A stretch of 59,703 bases of DNA, the filler included, from Platydemus manokwari (Eukaryota): the NCBI GenBank assembly GCA_037951405.1. It is 5 parts of 5 records of this genome, joined end to end, with 100 filler letters (N's around TTAATTAATTAA, not from the genome) between each part and the next. Parts side by side here need not be neighbours in the genome. Positions count along the whole stretch, not along the records: positions 1 to 9,174 come from JBBMOY011288095.1; positions 9,275 to 24,070 come from JBBMOY011391425.1; 3 more parts are not named here. One strand, 5' to 3'. The notes under the pieces were generated by a model, which did no database searches, was not told the DNA's origin, and was given only the letters and a program-made list of their open reading frames with translations. The position numbers and the translations under genes are program-made. Numbering within the stretch: the stretch's first letter is position 1; each line of letters starts with the position of its first letter. Shown here one piece after another: positions 1 through 13,820 of this stretch.

Positions 1-3000
1 TATGAAATTCTCTACATGTGCTGTATATTATATACTTAAATCTCTAATTATAATCTATATTCTGTATTCTCCCTATTATAAGTATTCTCAAAATTCTCCA
101 TATTCTTCAACTTATCTGGAATCTAGATTCACAATGATTGCCGCTACTGCTTTATGGAACATGAATAGAAAATAATTTAAGAACTTCAATCCAGAAATGT
201 ATTTAATAAAAATATTCTAACAATCATATTAATCATTTATACTTCTGATATAAATCTGTTTTCTTTTAAAATGACCTTTTAAATATCAAATCAATTTTGA
301 AATTCCCACATAAATAAATGAAAGAAATGTAGATGATACTATTTGATTTGATGTTAGCAGATAGTAAAATATTAATCGAAAAAAATAAAATTTTAAAATC
401 TTTCATATTAGATTAGTTAATAAAATGAATATCTCAATTAAATCAATTTCGACACCATTTGAAGACTTAGTTAATAAGAAAGCTGTTAGGTAACTTAGTC
501 TTCCCACATTGAAACGAAATTTCAATGTCAATATTATTGTTTTGTTTATATAAACATGAATTTGACATATGAGATTGGTCTATATGACACAGCATTATCA
601 ATATCGTTTTTTATTCATAAAATATGAAAACTATATTACATTATTGGGTCATTTTAGGGTCAGATTTCATTTCTTAGATTAATTACCAATATAATTAAAT
701 AACTGTGAATATATAACTCTGAACTTATATGAATTCTATATTTTTATTTTATATTTTATCTATTAGACTACAGTTGAAAAAAACCGGAAATTAAAGTTTT
801 GAAATTACTTAATTCTGAGAAATATTGATTTCTGCAAAAAAACTTTAGATTTTATTTTAAAAAATCAATGATAGGGCTGGCATTGAAAACTCGAAATATA
901 CGAATATATCATTAGCTCGAAAAAGATAGTCGGGAGAAAAATTTCTGCCTTCTCAGAGTTTTAAATATTCTTTCTGTAATATTATTTTATCAATCAAAAC
1001 CCCATTTGCATGTTCATAAATAATTTATTAAGAACTGACAGAAACAGTTTAAAATAATTTAAAACCAAGATATAGAATTTAATAGAAAAGGTCTATTTTT
1101 CTAGGTTAAATCTGTTATTTTTTTTGTTAAAACGGATTAGGCTTATTTCTCAAATTAATATGAAGAATTTGCAACAATGCGTTAAAAATTAGATAAGAAG
1201 TACAGCTGCTACGATTCTCAGGTAGGAAAACCAATTGAGAAAGTACTCGGAAAAAATTAAAGTCGAAAAGATATCGAGATTATTTGTCCTACAAAGTCTA
1301 AATAGCAAAAAGTGAAAGAAACTTTGACTCTAAACTCTTTAATGACCAATGAGATTTAACCCAAATTTTTGAAAAATTGCCTCAAACCATGGTAATTAAC
1401 ACGATCAAGAAGACATATGAACAGAGAGTACATTGAAGTAACCCACGTAAATATTTTAAGTTTTTTAACAGAAGCTCACCTCGACTGCTCAGGAAAGATA
1501 AATTTGTGGTAACGTTTATCATAATACCTCATTTAAACCTTAAATTGATACGACACCAACACGGTCGATGACAACAATTACCACAAAATTTTACAAAGGT
1601 TGAGGGAAAAACCCACGTCACTGGATTACTTTCTGAACTTTCATGTACTTGCTATTGTTATGGCTAGCTTGATAGTTTAAGTTTCTGTTTCGTGAATCAT
1701 GTACAAATAAAGCGCCCCAGACAAAATATTACTATTTGGAATGAAATTTCATTGATGAAGTGTATACAAGGTTGAATTTTTATGAATTAAAAACTTGGTC
1801 AAACATGTGATCCGAAATAACGGGAAGCCCATAAAATATTATGCAGTAATCGAGGATTCGTTATAAGCGATGATGAATGAAAGTGGAAAGTTATTGGAAT
1901 GGACTACCATTTTAGCTTTTTCAGATTTGAGCAGAGATAGTTTTACATATCAATTCTAGTTTTAGATCTGTTGATTCAGTTATAAGCCAACTTGTGGCCG
2001 ATTCTTTAGAACTCTATAGTTACGATATGGGCTATTGTGTTTCGAGAAAGGACATATTGGTCGTTCACAAGTTCTATATATTTTGAACATTATTTACTGG
2101 GAAAATATTTGTGACTTTGGTTATTTACAAGGACTTCATATTTACGAACATGACAATAAATCTAACAGTATTCATTACCTAAAATGGTTTAAAAAGGTAC
2201 ATGCACACGATTGTCAATGATGACCTGTAGTGAATTCAAACTCATGATGTCGTTTGTTTCATTCTAAAAATGATGATCAAGAAAAGTTTATACGTTCTTA
2301 GTTTTGAGAAGAATGAGGTTTTTGAAGAGACCGGGGTTTTATAGTGAGAACGGAAAGAAACAAATGATTGTACGAGATCCATTCATAGAAATCAGTGAAA
2401 TATCTGCCTGATGAGTTGTGTCATATCGGTTGTAAGAAATTGTAAATTAGTTGATAACTTTTAGAATATTTATTTCTTACCAAGTATGTTTTGAGTTAGC
2501 TATAACTTTGGAATTAAACAAGAAATTATCTCATCATACTAACAGATATCAAATGACTTGACCAAAAGATTGGTCAGGTTTGTCACTGATAGTAACAACG
2601 CTGGTATCAGAGAATTACCTTCTAGATAAACTTATAATTCGGATAAAATTTATTATCAATGCAATACACCAAAACTTCATTTGATAGTCTCCTTTTGATA
2701 CTTTATTCCATAAACGGATTTATACGAATAGACTTATATAACTAGATCATGAAGGAAACAGAGAATCAACACAAAAAACTTCGATATTGAAAGAATGAGA
2801 AATCGAATATTTTCTATTAAATCTATAAAAGTGAAACAAGATTTATAAAAAAACAACGAAGACCCTTAAAGAATTTTGAAATTTCGAATACCACGACAAG
2901 TACTTCTTTTTTTCTCACTATATCTCGAACCTTGAAAGTCGTTAAGAAAATTATCAAAACAAATGTCAGTGAGAAGTTAGACAATACTATTAGAAAATTT

Positions 3001-4359
3001 TTGTTTAAATATTTAAAAATAAGATTTATTATTATGAGTTTATAAAATGATTAACATTGTTTGTACTACTCATAGATATCAGATAAATTAACGCTTTCCA
3101 ATAAAATTTTAATTTTCGTGAACTATTCGACATGCTAAGACAATTTAATAGGTATCGAACAAAATATGATTTAATATATCTACTTAAATAATGTTTTTGA
3201 ATAATTGATGTTCTATTTACTCATCGGGATAATGTTTGGATCTTTAATGTATCCTTAGTTGTGTTAATCGAAAACCAGCATTCTAATGAAATAATTTAAA
3301 GTCTCAAGTATGATGATATTAAAATTAAAGCATATATAAATGGTCATTTATAATAAAATTATGCTCATATTTTGAAAACATAAACTATAAATTTAATTGG
3401 TTTAAATATATTGATTAAAAGTAATTTTTGGGTTGACCTTCTTAAATTGTTTTTAATTCCTCTTTAAAGAATTAATAACAACTAAAATCTACTATATGGT
3501 GTAATTAAGGACAACCTCTAATTTGAAATTGTTTTGCTATGAATATATTATTTAAATTGACGGAACACTTTACCATTGGATAATTTAAACAATTTATTAA
3601 TCTTTATGGAATTGAATCCATTTTAGACATTTTAATTAGGTTTTAAACACCCAATTACATTGCACAATGTTTGCCTAGCTGATTTATATCATGATAAATA
3701 TATTTAAAATATTTATTTATAAATTTTGAGTAATAAGTTGATCGATTTTATCATCATATGCAATTTCATCGGAAAAATGAATTATTAAATTAATTTTAAC
3801 ACTAACCAACCCAGTCATGATGAGTAAGAAAATTTTAGATCTGTAAATAGAATAGGCAAACATTGCCTTACTCTTTCATGGGATAAAATGATATCTGCAA
3901 AATATCTTTGCAAGAATTTATAATATGGAAAACATTCATCAACAAATTTAATTTATTTATCCATTATTGTTGTTTATCGGGAGAGACTCTCAAACTACAA
4001 TTTTTTTGAAAAAAATAATCGTTTCATCTTTTAATGGATCGGTTCGTTATTTTATTTTCTCTCGCTAAAATATCTCCAATTGTTGTTGGTAAAGGAATAA
4101 TTATTAGATAACATAAATGGAATCATCTTGTTTTACCGCTAATGTGTTAGAATTATTTTTTTTCATCTAAATTGACCCCACAAAAGAGTTTTTTTTAATC
4201 TCAAAATGACTTTGGTTATTCACCGTTTTTTCATAGTATTAACAAATATCTTTATTCCTGTTGTTATTGGATTTGACATTTGGAATTGCACTAAATTTTA
4301 TATCCATGTGCTCCAATTATGTGATAAAATAATATATTGAGTATAATATTTGTAGAATC

Positions 4360-4600
4360 TTATTTAGTACTAAATCTTATATTTTCTTGACCTACTGTTC
4401 ATCAATTGATATTTATGATTATCTCGGATGTAGTTCGATTCCGCCACGTCCTTACCATCTGAATATTTTATACCATTTATATACTCTTGTTCTCGACAAT
4501 CCAAATAATCGAAAACCTTCGGCAACATCTACTTTTCTGTATCAGAAACCTCAATAAATTAGAAATTGTAATAAGTATTGAAAAAACATTTTTCGTTCTG
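4360..4600 (-). mobile_element. Decayed mariner transposase N-terminal (HTH) fragment
   Basis: Minus strand reads, with frameshifts and stops, MLPKVF...LSRTRVYKWYKIF...ISIDEQ*VKKI*DLVLN. This matches the mariner HTH consensus (LSRTRVFEWxKRF...STDE..V.KI..LV). Confidence 0.65.
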
Positions 4601-6989
4601 ATAATGACGAATCTGATTTTTTAACCAATGGAATTTTACTTTGATTTCATAGGTAATACTATAAACTTACCATTGTCTAGATTCCTTAACAAGAATTAAC
4701 AGAATTGAAAATGCATTTCACTAGGCCAATTATCAATTTGTTTTACTTTTTTAAGTTCTATTTTAAAATTTAAGTAACCCAATTAAGATTTTAAAAATTA
4801 TATTAATTGAAATTGGGATCTATTTTTATAAAAAACTACAAATACAGAATTTTGGATATTCAGATCGCTAAGTTTTCTTTAATTTTTAAATTTGTTTAGA
4901 ACCGCTGTCATAATCTTTTATCAAAAGAAAAGGCATAAATTAAAAAAAATAATAGAAATCTATATCCAAATTCATATTCAAATTGGAATATTAAGATAAA
5001 ATAAATTATCATTAAATAGCTTAAAACATAATATTTCCTTTACTTATAATGTTAGGTTTGTAGCATAAGCATTATGAAGGTTTCCCACATCAATATACTT
5101 GTTTCGTAGTCTTAATTATTCTTGAAATCATGATTTGATAATTCACATTTTAGTGGATTTGAATTCTCGATCATTTTAATCACACCGGTATCATAGGGAC
5201 TTTTAGTTTCACTTGAGCATATCCATCAGAGTTATGAAGATCAAAATAACTATTGTAATAATATAATATTCGATATAACGAATAGTCTATCAATAATTAT
5301 ACTTCGTTAGTTAATTTTGTCAGCTTAATATCAGCTAAATTTTAAAATTATGTTAGGCGAATTATGATTACAATACTTAATAAAGATAATTTTACTGGAA
5401 CATAAATGATGGCATTGATTCATTAAAAATAAACATATATATATAAATATATGAGAATTTTAACATCAAATTTTCATCCAATCGTTTTATAGTCTGTACA
5501 TATATTACCAAAAACTATTTAATCGCTTCACGGTGTGATAGAAATTTCAGAGACATTAACAAAATCCCAAAATTTCTAATTAATTTGTAGCCATCAATAA
5601 TTCATAAATTCTCTTCAGGAAGCCCTTTGTAAATTGAAAAATAGACATTATTGGAATTGAAACATTATTGATAAAACAAAGTGAAAATTCACAATGTTCA
5701 AAAATATAATTTCAAATCACTTAAAATAAACCTCAATACAAATATTTGTAATGAAATTAAGATAATAGAAATTTAAAGAGTTCGAATATTTTGTATAAGG
5801 AGATACTAAAGAAATCAAATTTAAAATAAATTAGAATTTATGTCACATTGTAATGTAACACCATTGAAAAAACATTGATTTATTTGATTTGACGTTTTTA
5901 CTCCCATCTTCCAACAGACAATTACAGTTCAGTGACTTTACCTGATCCAGAATCATTCCTCGAAATGAACTAATCCTTTATATTGATATGGTATTTCCAT
6001 GTGGTTATAACACATTTTATAGTAAGCTGTTCGATTTTCTATTTTCTTTATGTATTCTGTAACAGAATAGTGAATTATCACGAATTAATTTTATGAACTG
6101 TTTTCATTAAATAGTAAAGTATAAGGTCTGACATTTGAATAAATAAATTAAACGATACAGAAAGTGAACGTAATCATTATAGTAAAGAGATTTTATAGCT
6201 ATATCCTTTCCCATTAGAAATTCTTGGTAAATTTTATTTTTCATCACATTGCCAGTGTTTATAGTTAACTTTCAGTCAAAATAAATACATTCCAAAGTAA
6301 TGATATTTAAAATATCAGAAATGTTCAAATATATAAGCGTGATAGTAATAACACAATAGGTTTTGATAAGAGATCCATAAACGACGTACCAGGGAAAGAG
6401 TGAGAAATTATTACAATATTATATTATTGATTATTAATAAAAATCTTTATTTTATAAAACCTATTGGATTTGGAATTCTTCTTTTATTTTTTTAATGAAA
6501 AAATATTAATATAAAATATTTCATTTCCCTTCAAAGAGAAACATACTTGTGACCGATAGAACAAGAAATTCTAATCTGCTTTGTTACCAGTGGAGAATAT
6601 CAAATTAATCATTTTTAGTCGATTTGGATTACCTTAAACACCTGAGTATGAAAGAAGTCTTTTTTTATAATCACAAAGAGTTAATACATTTAAGCTAAAA
6701 TCTAAAACTTTTTACCGGCTCAACAATGTCATAAATAAATTATGTCGTTTAGAAATTGATTCTTGATATAGCTGCATAAACTTATGGATAATAAATCTAC
6801 AATCAAAGCTAGTTTGTTTCTGAAGAGTTTGTTAATATTCCCATGATTTCATCACTGTACGATTAGAACTCAGTATTAATTTACTTGTTTTATTTATACT
6901 TCACCTAGACCAAGTGTTGTGATTATAAAACGGATTCAAATCAGTACATCCTTTGGATTGTTAGACAAATTGGCTAATGAAATATCGTC

Positions 6990-7350
6990 GTAATTTTATC
7001 AATTTAAATTTTACACAGCACATTCAACCATTTCGTGAATGTGTCGTGATTAGTGAGATGAAACCCAAATTTTCCGCCGTAAATGAAATTTGAGAGTTCA
7101 ATATCAATTATAGGATAATAAAAGTTAGTAAAAATTTTTATGATATTATTGAAATAAGTACAAATAATTTTCTTCTATCTTAGCGATGGAAGAAATTATT
7201 ATTCAGATCAAGAAAATGAAGGTTAGTATTGTATTTTAAAAAAGTTCCATCTAAATGCTAGTAGCGTCTCAATATTACAACTCGTTAATATCCAAAGTAT
7301 TGTCTAAGGTTTTGTTGGAAGAACGAATTGAAAACTATTTAAGATATTCA
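6990..7350. mobile_element. Highly decayed retroviral-type integrase fragments
   Basis: Minus strand ~7020-7080 reads DTFTKW. Plus strand ~7200-7345 reads SDQ...G FVGRTN*KL, resembling SDQG...NG.VERxNR.L. Many stops. Confidence 0.3.
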
Positions 7351-9098
7351 ACCTGAAAATTAATTAATCGAAATATTCATGCATTTAATATCGATCATTT
7401 AAAATTATTTGATTTTAGAATCCTCACAAATGTGAATATAAGTCAGATTAATTTTTATTGTTAAATAAGATGTTTAAATATATTAAATATTGATTGCTTA
7501 CAAGCCATTAGCCCGGTTTAATGATTAACTTTCTATAATCTTCTCGAGACAATGATCGATTACCTAGAAAACCATAATGGAAACTTAAAATAATTTGACT
7601 TATTAAGCATACCCAGGAAGAACAAAAATATTTTTTTTGGATTTGTAGGGGAATTTATTCGACGAAAGAAAATCTACGATGATTAATGTACTCAGCTTCT
7701 AAATATACATCAATCTTAGGAAAGTGCATTGAAGAATTATTTATTTATTTTTTGTATTTGAGTGATCTCTCCTATGAGTTCATAAAAGAATTGCTGATAT
7801 TTTAATGTTAATATATCTAATCGGGTTATGAGTTAGGCTGTAATAAATAATTAAAGAAAAATTGAAATTTCAATTTAAATAGGATTCTCAGTCTACATGT
7901 TTATAACAATCAATTATTTCTCCTTTTCAAAAGTCTAAGTCAAAGTACGAAAGAAAATTCTTTCAATGTATTTAATGAAACTATATTACATATATTTAGT
8001 ATAATCTCAATTCTGGCAACTAAAAATGGTTTTAAAACTATTAACCATTGTAACTTATAATTTTTTGATAACAAATACAAAGCCCAGAATTAAGAAAATG
8101 AAAGCATCGCTTAAGTCCTGTCATTCTCATCAAAAATCTGTATCATACAATCAAAATTTGTATTATCATTCATATATTTTGTGAATTATTTTTAACTTTT
8201 TCCAAAAAATCCATAAAATGTTAACGTTCAGACAATATAACTGCTCAAATTCTTATGGAAAATGTGAGAATATTTTTTTAAATATACATATGATTAATAT
8301 GTTTGGAGAAATACTGGTTAAATAGAATAATTTTGGGTTCTATTTAAGTTGGAATTTAATATATCAGCATACTCAAATTTATTATTATAAATTTAAGAGT
8401 TTGTTTTCAATTTTTAAATTCTGTTTTCAGAAAAATATCTTCGAATAATATTAATTATAATTATAAAATCATTTCTTTTTTGCGGCGAATTTATACAACA
8501 GTTCTGTTATTGTTTTTCTCAAAGGTAAAGCTTTTACGAGTATAGATTGATTTTAATGGGGTTTATTAAACTAATCTTTTTTCTATCATAACTTGTCATC
8601 AAGAGCCTCTGATTGATATTGAACTGGATCATGGATCAAGAAATATAATCTGTTTTCATCAATAAACATTTAAAAATTGGTACCAAAATTTAATCGATGA
8701 ATATTTTATCAATATTTGGTCAATGTCGAAATGACATTATTATTTCCCCTATTTTCTCTTTATTGAGTTTTCTTTGTTCTGGTGTCAATCACAATCATTA
8801 GATATTCCAGTAATAACACATATTGGATTGGATAAATAATTCGTTCTTGGAAATGATAATTTGTCAATGACGAATTTTAATTAATCAAATTGATCTTTCG
8901 ACACAATTTGGGATAAGACTAGTTTGACAATCTTTATGAGTGGATAAATTTTCCTTATGAGTTTGTTTTGATTTCATAACTCCAAATCAATCTGAAACAG
9001 AAGCCAATGAAAATATTTAGAAGAATCGATTTCAAAGTAAGACATGTGAGCAGTTCAGGAAAGTTTATAATTGTTTTAAATTTTAAAATTTTGTAATT

Positions 9099-9174
9099 AT
9101 TAGGGTGAACCAAAAGTTCTTTCCGATTTTTTTATTAAAAATTTAAACATAATTTTACAACAAATGGAAAACAA
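9099..9174 (+). mobile_element. Possible Tc1/mariner terminal inverted repeat cut by a gap
   Basis: TATTAGGGTGAACCAAAAGTTCTTTCCGATTTTT resembles mariner-type termini and runs into the assembly gap. No partner end is visible. Confidence 0.3.
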
Positions 9175-9274
9175 NNNNNNNNNNNNNNNNNNNNNNNNNN
9201 NNNNNNNNNNNNNNNNNNTTAATTAATTAANNNNNNNNNNNNNNNNNNNNNNNNNNNNNNNNNNNNNNNNNNNN
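9175..9274. other. Artificial scaffold gap linker
   Basis: 44 N + TTAATTAATTAA (stops in all six frames) + 44 N. The identical design recurs four times. Confidence 0.95.
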
Positions 9275-10849
9275 TTATAATAATAAATAGATGATTCAAA
9301 CATAAATAATAATTTATAATAATTATTTTTTAAAATATATATAAATAAAAAGTAAAAATAATTAAATATTTAAAAAAATAAAAATAAAATCAACAAAATT
9401 ATAAATGAAAATTTAATTTAAAATGATGCTGAAAACCTATAAAAATGTGTGTTGAAAAATGAAATTTTAATACATTTATGTAAACATCATTTTTAAATAA
9501 GTACATTGTAGTTCTTGCATTTATAAAAAATATCATATATTATTATTGCCTCGGGGTAGTGGTCTGATCAACCACATAGAGAACAAAAATTACCAGACGG
9601 TAACATCAATGGGATAGTCAATTTCGAAAAATGTTTTCTATAAATTTCAAATAAAATGAAAATAAATTTCGAATAAAATGAAATATAAAATGAAATATAG
9701 AATTAAAATGAGCAGTGGTCTACTGTTGGTAAAAAAAATGGAGCCCCATAAATAAATAAATAAATAAAAGACCACTGTCCAACCACCAGTATTGTTACAT
9801 TTTTTCATAATGATTATGTTTATATTTATATTTTTATTAGAAAAGGTGATAGTAAATTTAGAAGTCTTTTTAATAAATATTAATTTTCAATTACCAGCTT
9901 CTTTACAAGTAGGTCTTAAACATTTTGAAAATGTTTTGTTCTTTTGTAATAATTTAATTTTTCAAAAAGGGGGGTATCTTTTTTTATTTTTTTTGGTGTG
10001 TGTTATAATAGCCCTTTCTCCCCTACTTAAAGGGTCTCGCTTTAGGGCAATATAATAAAATCTATATTTCTAAAAGTATAAGGTTTATAGTTTAGTTATC
10101 ACGATCTCAGTGAGATAACTCTACCAATCTGCTTATTAAATTCTCGGTCTGAGTTAACTTGTTTGAATCTAATTGTGATTTGTTTTGGTTAATTTTTTAA
10201 ATAAAACTTTATAAAGAACTTGAGTTTTTGTTTTTTAAAATAAATAACAAGGGAACGATCTCACGCTGTTGAGTTGGCAAGGCAACCTTTAAACATCACT
10301 CGCAAACCAACAGATTCAAATTGTTGTTATTCTCATATATTGTAACAATAGCATTGAGTTATTTTATTTTTGACTTATAACAGCTTTTATTATTATGATC
10401 ATTGATGTTGTACTGTGAAGACTAATCTTATACTATTTTATTTATTATTGGTTGAATTATAAGGTGGATACTGTCAGTTGATTAGCGATCACATACATAC
10501 ATTCAGTGAACACGGAAATTACCTACACACCTACACGTCAACTATAAAAAACGATTTGAACATTAATAAGTCCTCATTTATTACAATTTCATACAATCAA
10601 TAAATTCAAATCAAACATCCACACGATGCACAAACGCACTCTCCTATCCAAAAAATGTTATGGAGGCCTTTAGCAGTTGACCACGTGAAAGGAGTAGTTT
10701 CTGATGGTTAGTATCACGAAGAACGAAGAGATCCCGAACGAGGTAAGGACAACAGATTGGAGGATGCAAATTTTTCTGTCAGAAATCACCAAGAGGAATC
10801 CAATAAAAATATAAAAACAAAATAATTATTCTAAAAATAAAAATAAAAA

Positions 10850-12300
10850 TAGAAAATAGTAATAAATAAATAAAGCAATAGAAAATTAATCTAAAAATAG
10901 GAAATGAGAATTTTCAAAACAAAAATGGAAATAAGAAACCACAAAAATAGACGACAGAAGAATTTAATAAAAAGTTTAAGAAAAGAAAGAGTATAAAAAT
11001 AAAAATTAAATTAAGGACACACACAAAAATTTTCCAAATCAGAGGAGATAATTCACCAATTCCGACAATTTGATTAAATTAGTTCCTGTTGATACAACAA
11101 TTTCTCAAATTCACTAGTATCAATCAGATTAAATTAGTTCCTGTTTATACGACAATCTCTCAATTCACCAGTCTTTAATTAACGTTTTATCAGTCTTATA
11201 AAAGGAAGAAGAGAAACAGAAGAAAGAAAAACCTAAAACTAAGAGAGCAATTCACGGAGAAGCCACTTAAACGCGAATCAGCAAAAACTACGTACAGAGC
11301 CAAGGATACGCAGTTCGAACTTTAAAAGTTCTCCAATTAATATCCACCAAGAATAACAAATTTCTGTTCAAGAAACGTTCAAGAAGCCAGAAGTAGTAAG
11401 CATTTTGCCATTTGACTTAATATCCATAGCTTTTAAAGATTTTTGCTTAATAGTACCTCGCAATTGATAAACAACTTTTAAACATTATTTTAAAGAATTT
11501 ATATTTATATATTGATTTAATTTTCCCAATTATTTCTTCATAAATAAACAATTGACGATAAATTTTTATCATACTAATCCGAACATTGAAAGATACCAAC
11601 AACCCAGTAGAGTTGTTCCGGTATTGAAAACATTGAACTACCTAACTATATCGTTCATTACCTGCCACCAACAACTCTGTTCTGTTGTTCTGGTGACCCA
11701 CATCTAAAGCTAATTAACTAATCAATCATTTCCAATAACAAATCTATTCTAGATTGAACCCGGTTCAACTAGAATCTAACTTTCCTAAAATCTAAAATAT
11801 CAAACAAATCTTGTCCAAGAGGTTACGGTTCCACGTAGGCCTAACCTCCAATAAATTAGTAACTTAGGGCTCTTACCGGTAAACCTAAGAGACCACATCA
11901 AAAATCACGCGCTCTATCTACATAGAGTCAGTAAAATATGTAATTAAGCGTAAATTTAGAAATTCCCCTAAGCTTGGCCATTTGTCACATTTGTCAAAAC
12001 ATTTTATCAAACTCATTTTGTCAATAGATTGTATTTTATTATTTTAATATACATTTATAAAAAACTCGTTTTCTTCACAGCATAGTTTATAGTATCTTAT
12101 TATTTTAGTATATATTTATAAAAACTATTTGTCTTTATAGCATAGTTATATACAGCACCTTTGGAGTCAGGTGTTACGAAAACAATAATAAATATTGAAC
12201 ACGCATACGTTGGGATAAAATCGACTCACGTTAACCACAGACATTAAAACTTATAAACCTCAACAATATTATTATTAGGAATAATTATCATATAAAATAT
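10850..12300 (+). mobile_element. Repeat family A copy 1: non-coding 3' region plus probable PPT/3' LTR start of an LTR retroelement
   Basis: Homologous to the inverted copy at ~26890-28400. Identical islands include GTAGGCCTAACCTCCAATAA and the 28-bp GCACCTTTGGAGTCAGGTGTTACGAAAA, and similarity continues past TGTTACG. Includes a ~55-bp tandem duplication at ~11072-11173. Boundaries approximate. Confidence 0.65.
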
Positions 12301-13402
12301 AAGCAAAACAAGACTTTTAAAAATTCAAAAGGTCCAATTAATGTAAAAGTTCTTATATCAGGTTGGATCAACTTTGGTTTGTTGGATCGAATATTTGGTT
12401 TCGAATATATTGTTAATTAACAACATTTAATCATTATATGTTTTGATATTTATGAATTCATTGTTGTTGGATCTGAGTTCTATGTAAGCATGTCATGATT
12501 TACAAAATTCATTTATAAAATTTGTGCAATTCTATCCACCTATCGGTATTTATAATATTAATCATATTCTTAATTTTAATACATATAAATAAGCACTCGC
12601 TACATATAATTATAGAAAATGCTTAATTTGAACTATATTTGTAGATTGACAGTTACTGCACTAATTTGTGATCGTTTTCCTCCAAAACTGCATCTTTTTA
12701 GAAATTATGAGCCACCTATTAGTGGTTTGAAAACAACAATCCTCAGAAATAGTGTCGTAGATAATAAAAACGTTAAATCCGCCCAAGCTTCAAGTCTCTG
12801 GAGGAACACATAATCCTACCGTGTTCAGTAAAGATATAAAACATCCCTCAGAACAAGTAATTGATATTTTCCTATATTGAAAACTTACATTATTTTGAAA
12901 AATTCGTTTGGTGTGACTTTTAAATGTTCACGTTATGTGGAAATAATTCCAACCCCTTGTCCCTTTGTAAATTTCTCTTTTAGAAATAATTTTTAAGAAA
13001 ATAATTTTAAAAACATTTTTAATTTTTTATTTAAATACTTGAACAAAATTGTAGTTGTTCGTAATTAAATATTAAATACATAGGATTTTTAAAATCTACT
13101 AAAAATTTAATATTTGAAAAACGGGTCACAGAAGTTCAAAATGCAATTAATTGAAAATGTTTAATTGTTTAATGAGAGCACATCATTGAATTTGAAAATT
13201 CGAATATCATCATTGCTTGGTTGATATTTGGAATTTAAATATTGCATTAGTTGAACTCTATTGACTCCAAGTCAAAACTCTATTTCACCTTTTCCAAATC
13301 ATCTTCTTTTCAAGTATTTTAGGCTTGATTTTCATTGATTTAGATGAAAAATGAGATTTGTTTTAATATTAAAAGAACGTGTGTAATTTTTAAATAAATA
13401 AA

Positions 13403-13820
13403 ATGTTGATGGAAACAACTGATGTTTTTACTGTCGACCACGCCGAAATAAACGCTCTGACTACAGCTAAACGAGAAATGAGGCAGAAAAAACTTGCGAA
13501 TCTGCCACGAAACCTCAGGAGTTTTTTTTATTCAGAAATCATTAGTCTTCGATTCATCAATCCAAGATGCTAAGAAATGTTTCCAAACAACCAAAGATTT
13601 CGCCAAATTTAGTCAAATGAAAGTAACATTTGCACTTGATATGCTCTTGAGAGATGACGTCAAATAACTGTGGCAAGAACTCAGCAGTTTCTAAGAAGCT
13701 GTTTCAAATGAAGAAATTGAGAAATGGATTTTGGAAACTTTCGCACGTGCCAAAACAGTGTACGACAAGGTTAAGAATTTAGCAGCAATGTAACAAAGAC
13801 CAGATGAAAAATACCGTAGT
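13403..13820 (+). mobile_element. Decayed LTR-retrotransposon gag remnant
   Basis: Stop-interrupted frame ...FALDMLLRDDVK*LWQEL...IEKWILETFARAKTVYDKVKNLAAM*QRPDE, resembling a capsid-like gag ending in Q..xE. Confidence 0.45.

Noticed and set aside
1-9174. Exon-like and ORF-like patches (e.g. ORF 2035-2220, 5940-6060 minus)
   Set aside because: No phase-consistent gene model. Recognisable pieces are stop-riddled TE scraps (RNase H-like FVTDSNNAGI at ~2580, integrase, mariner).
9219-9230. Recurrent TTAATTAATTAA palindrome between N-runs
   Set aside because: Assembly linker of fixed design, not biological. Adjacency across these gaps is unverified.
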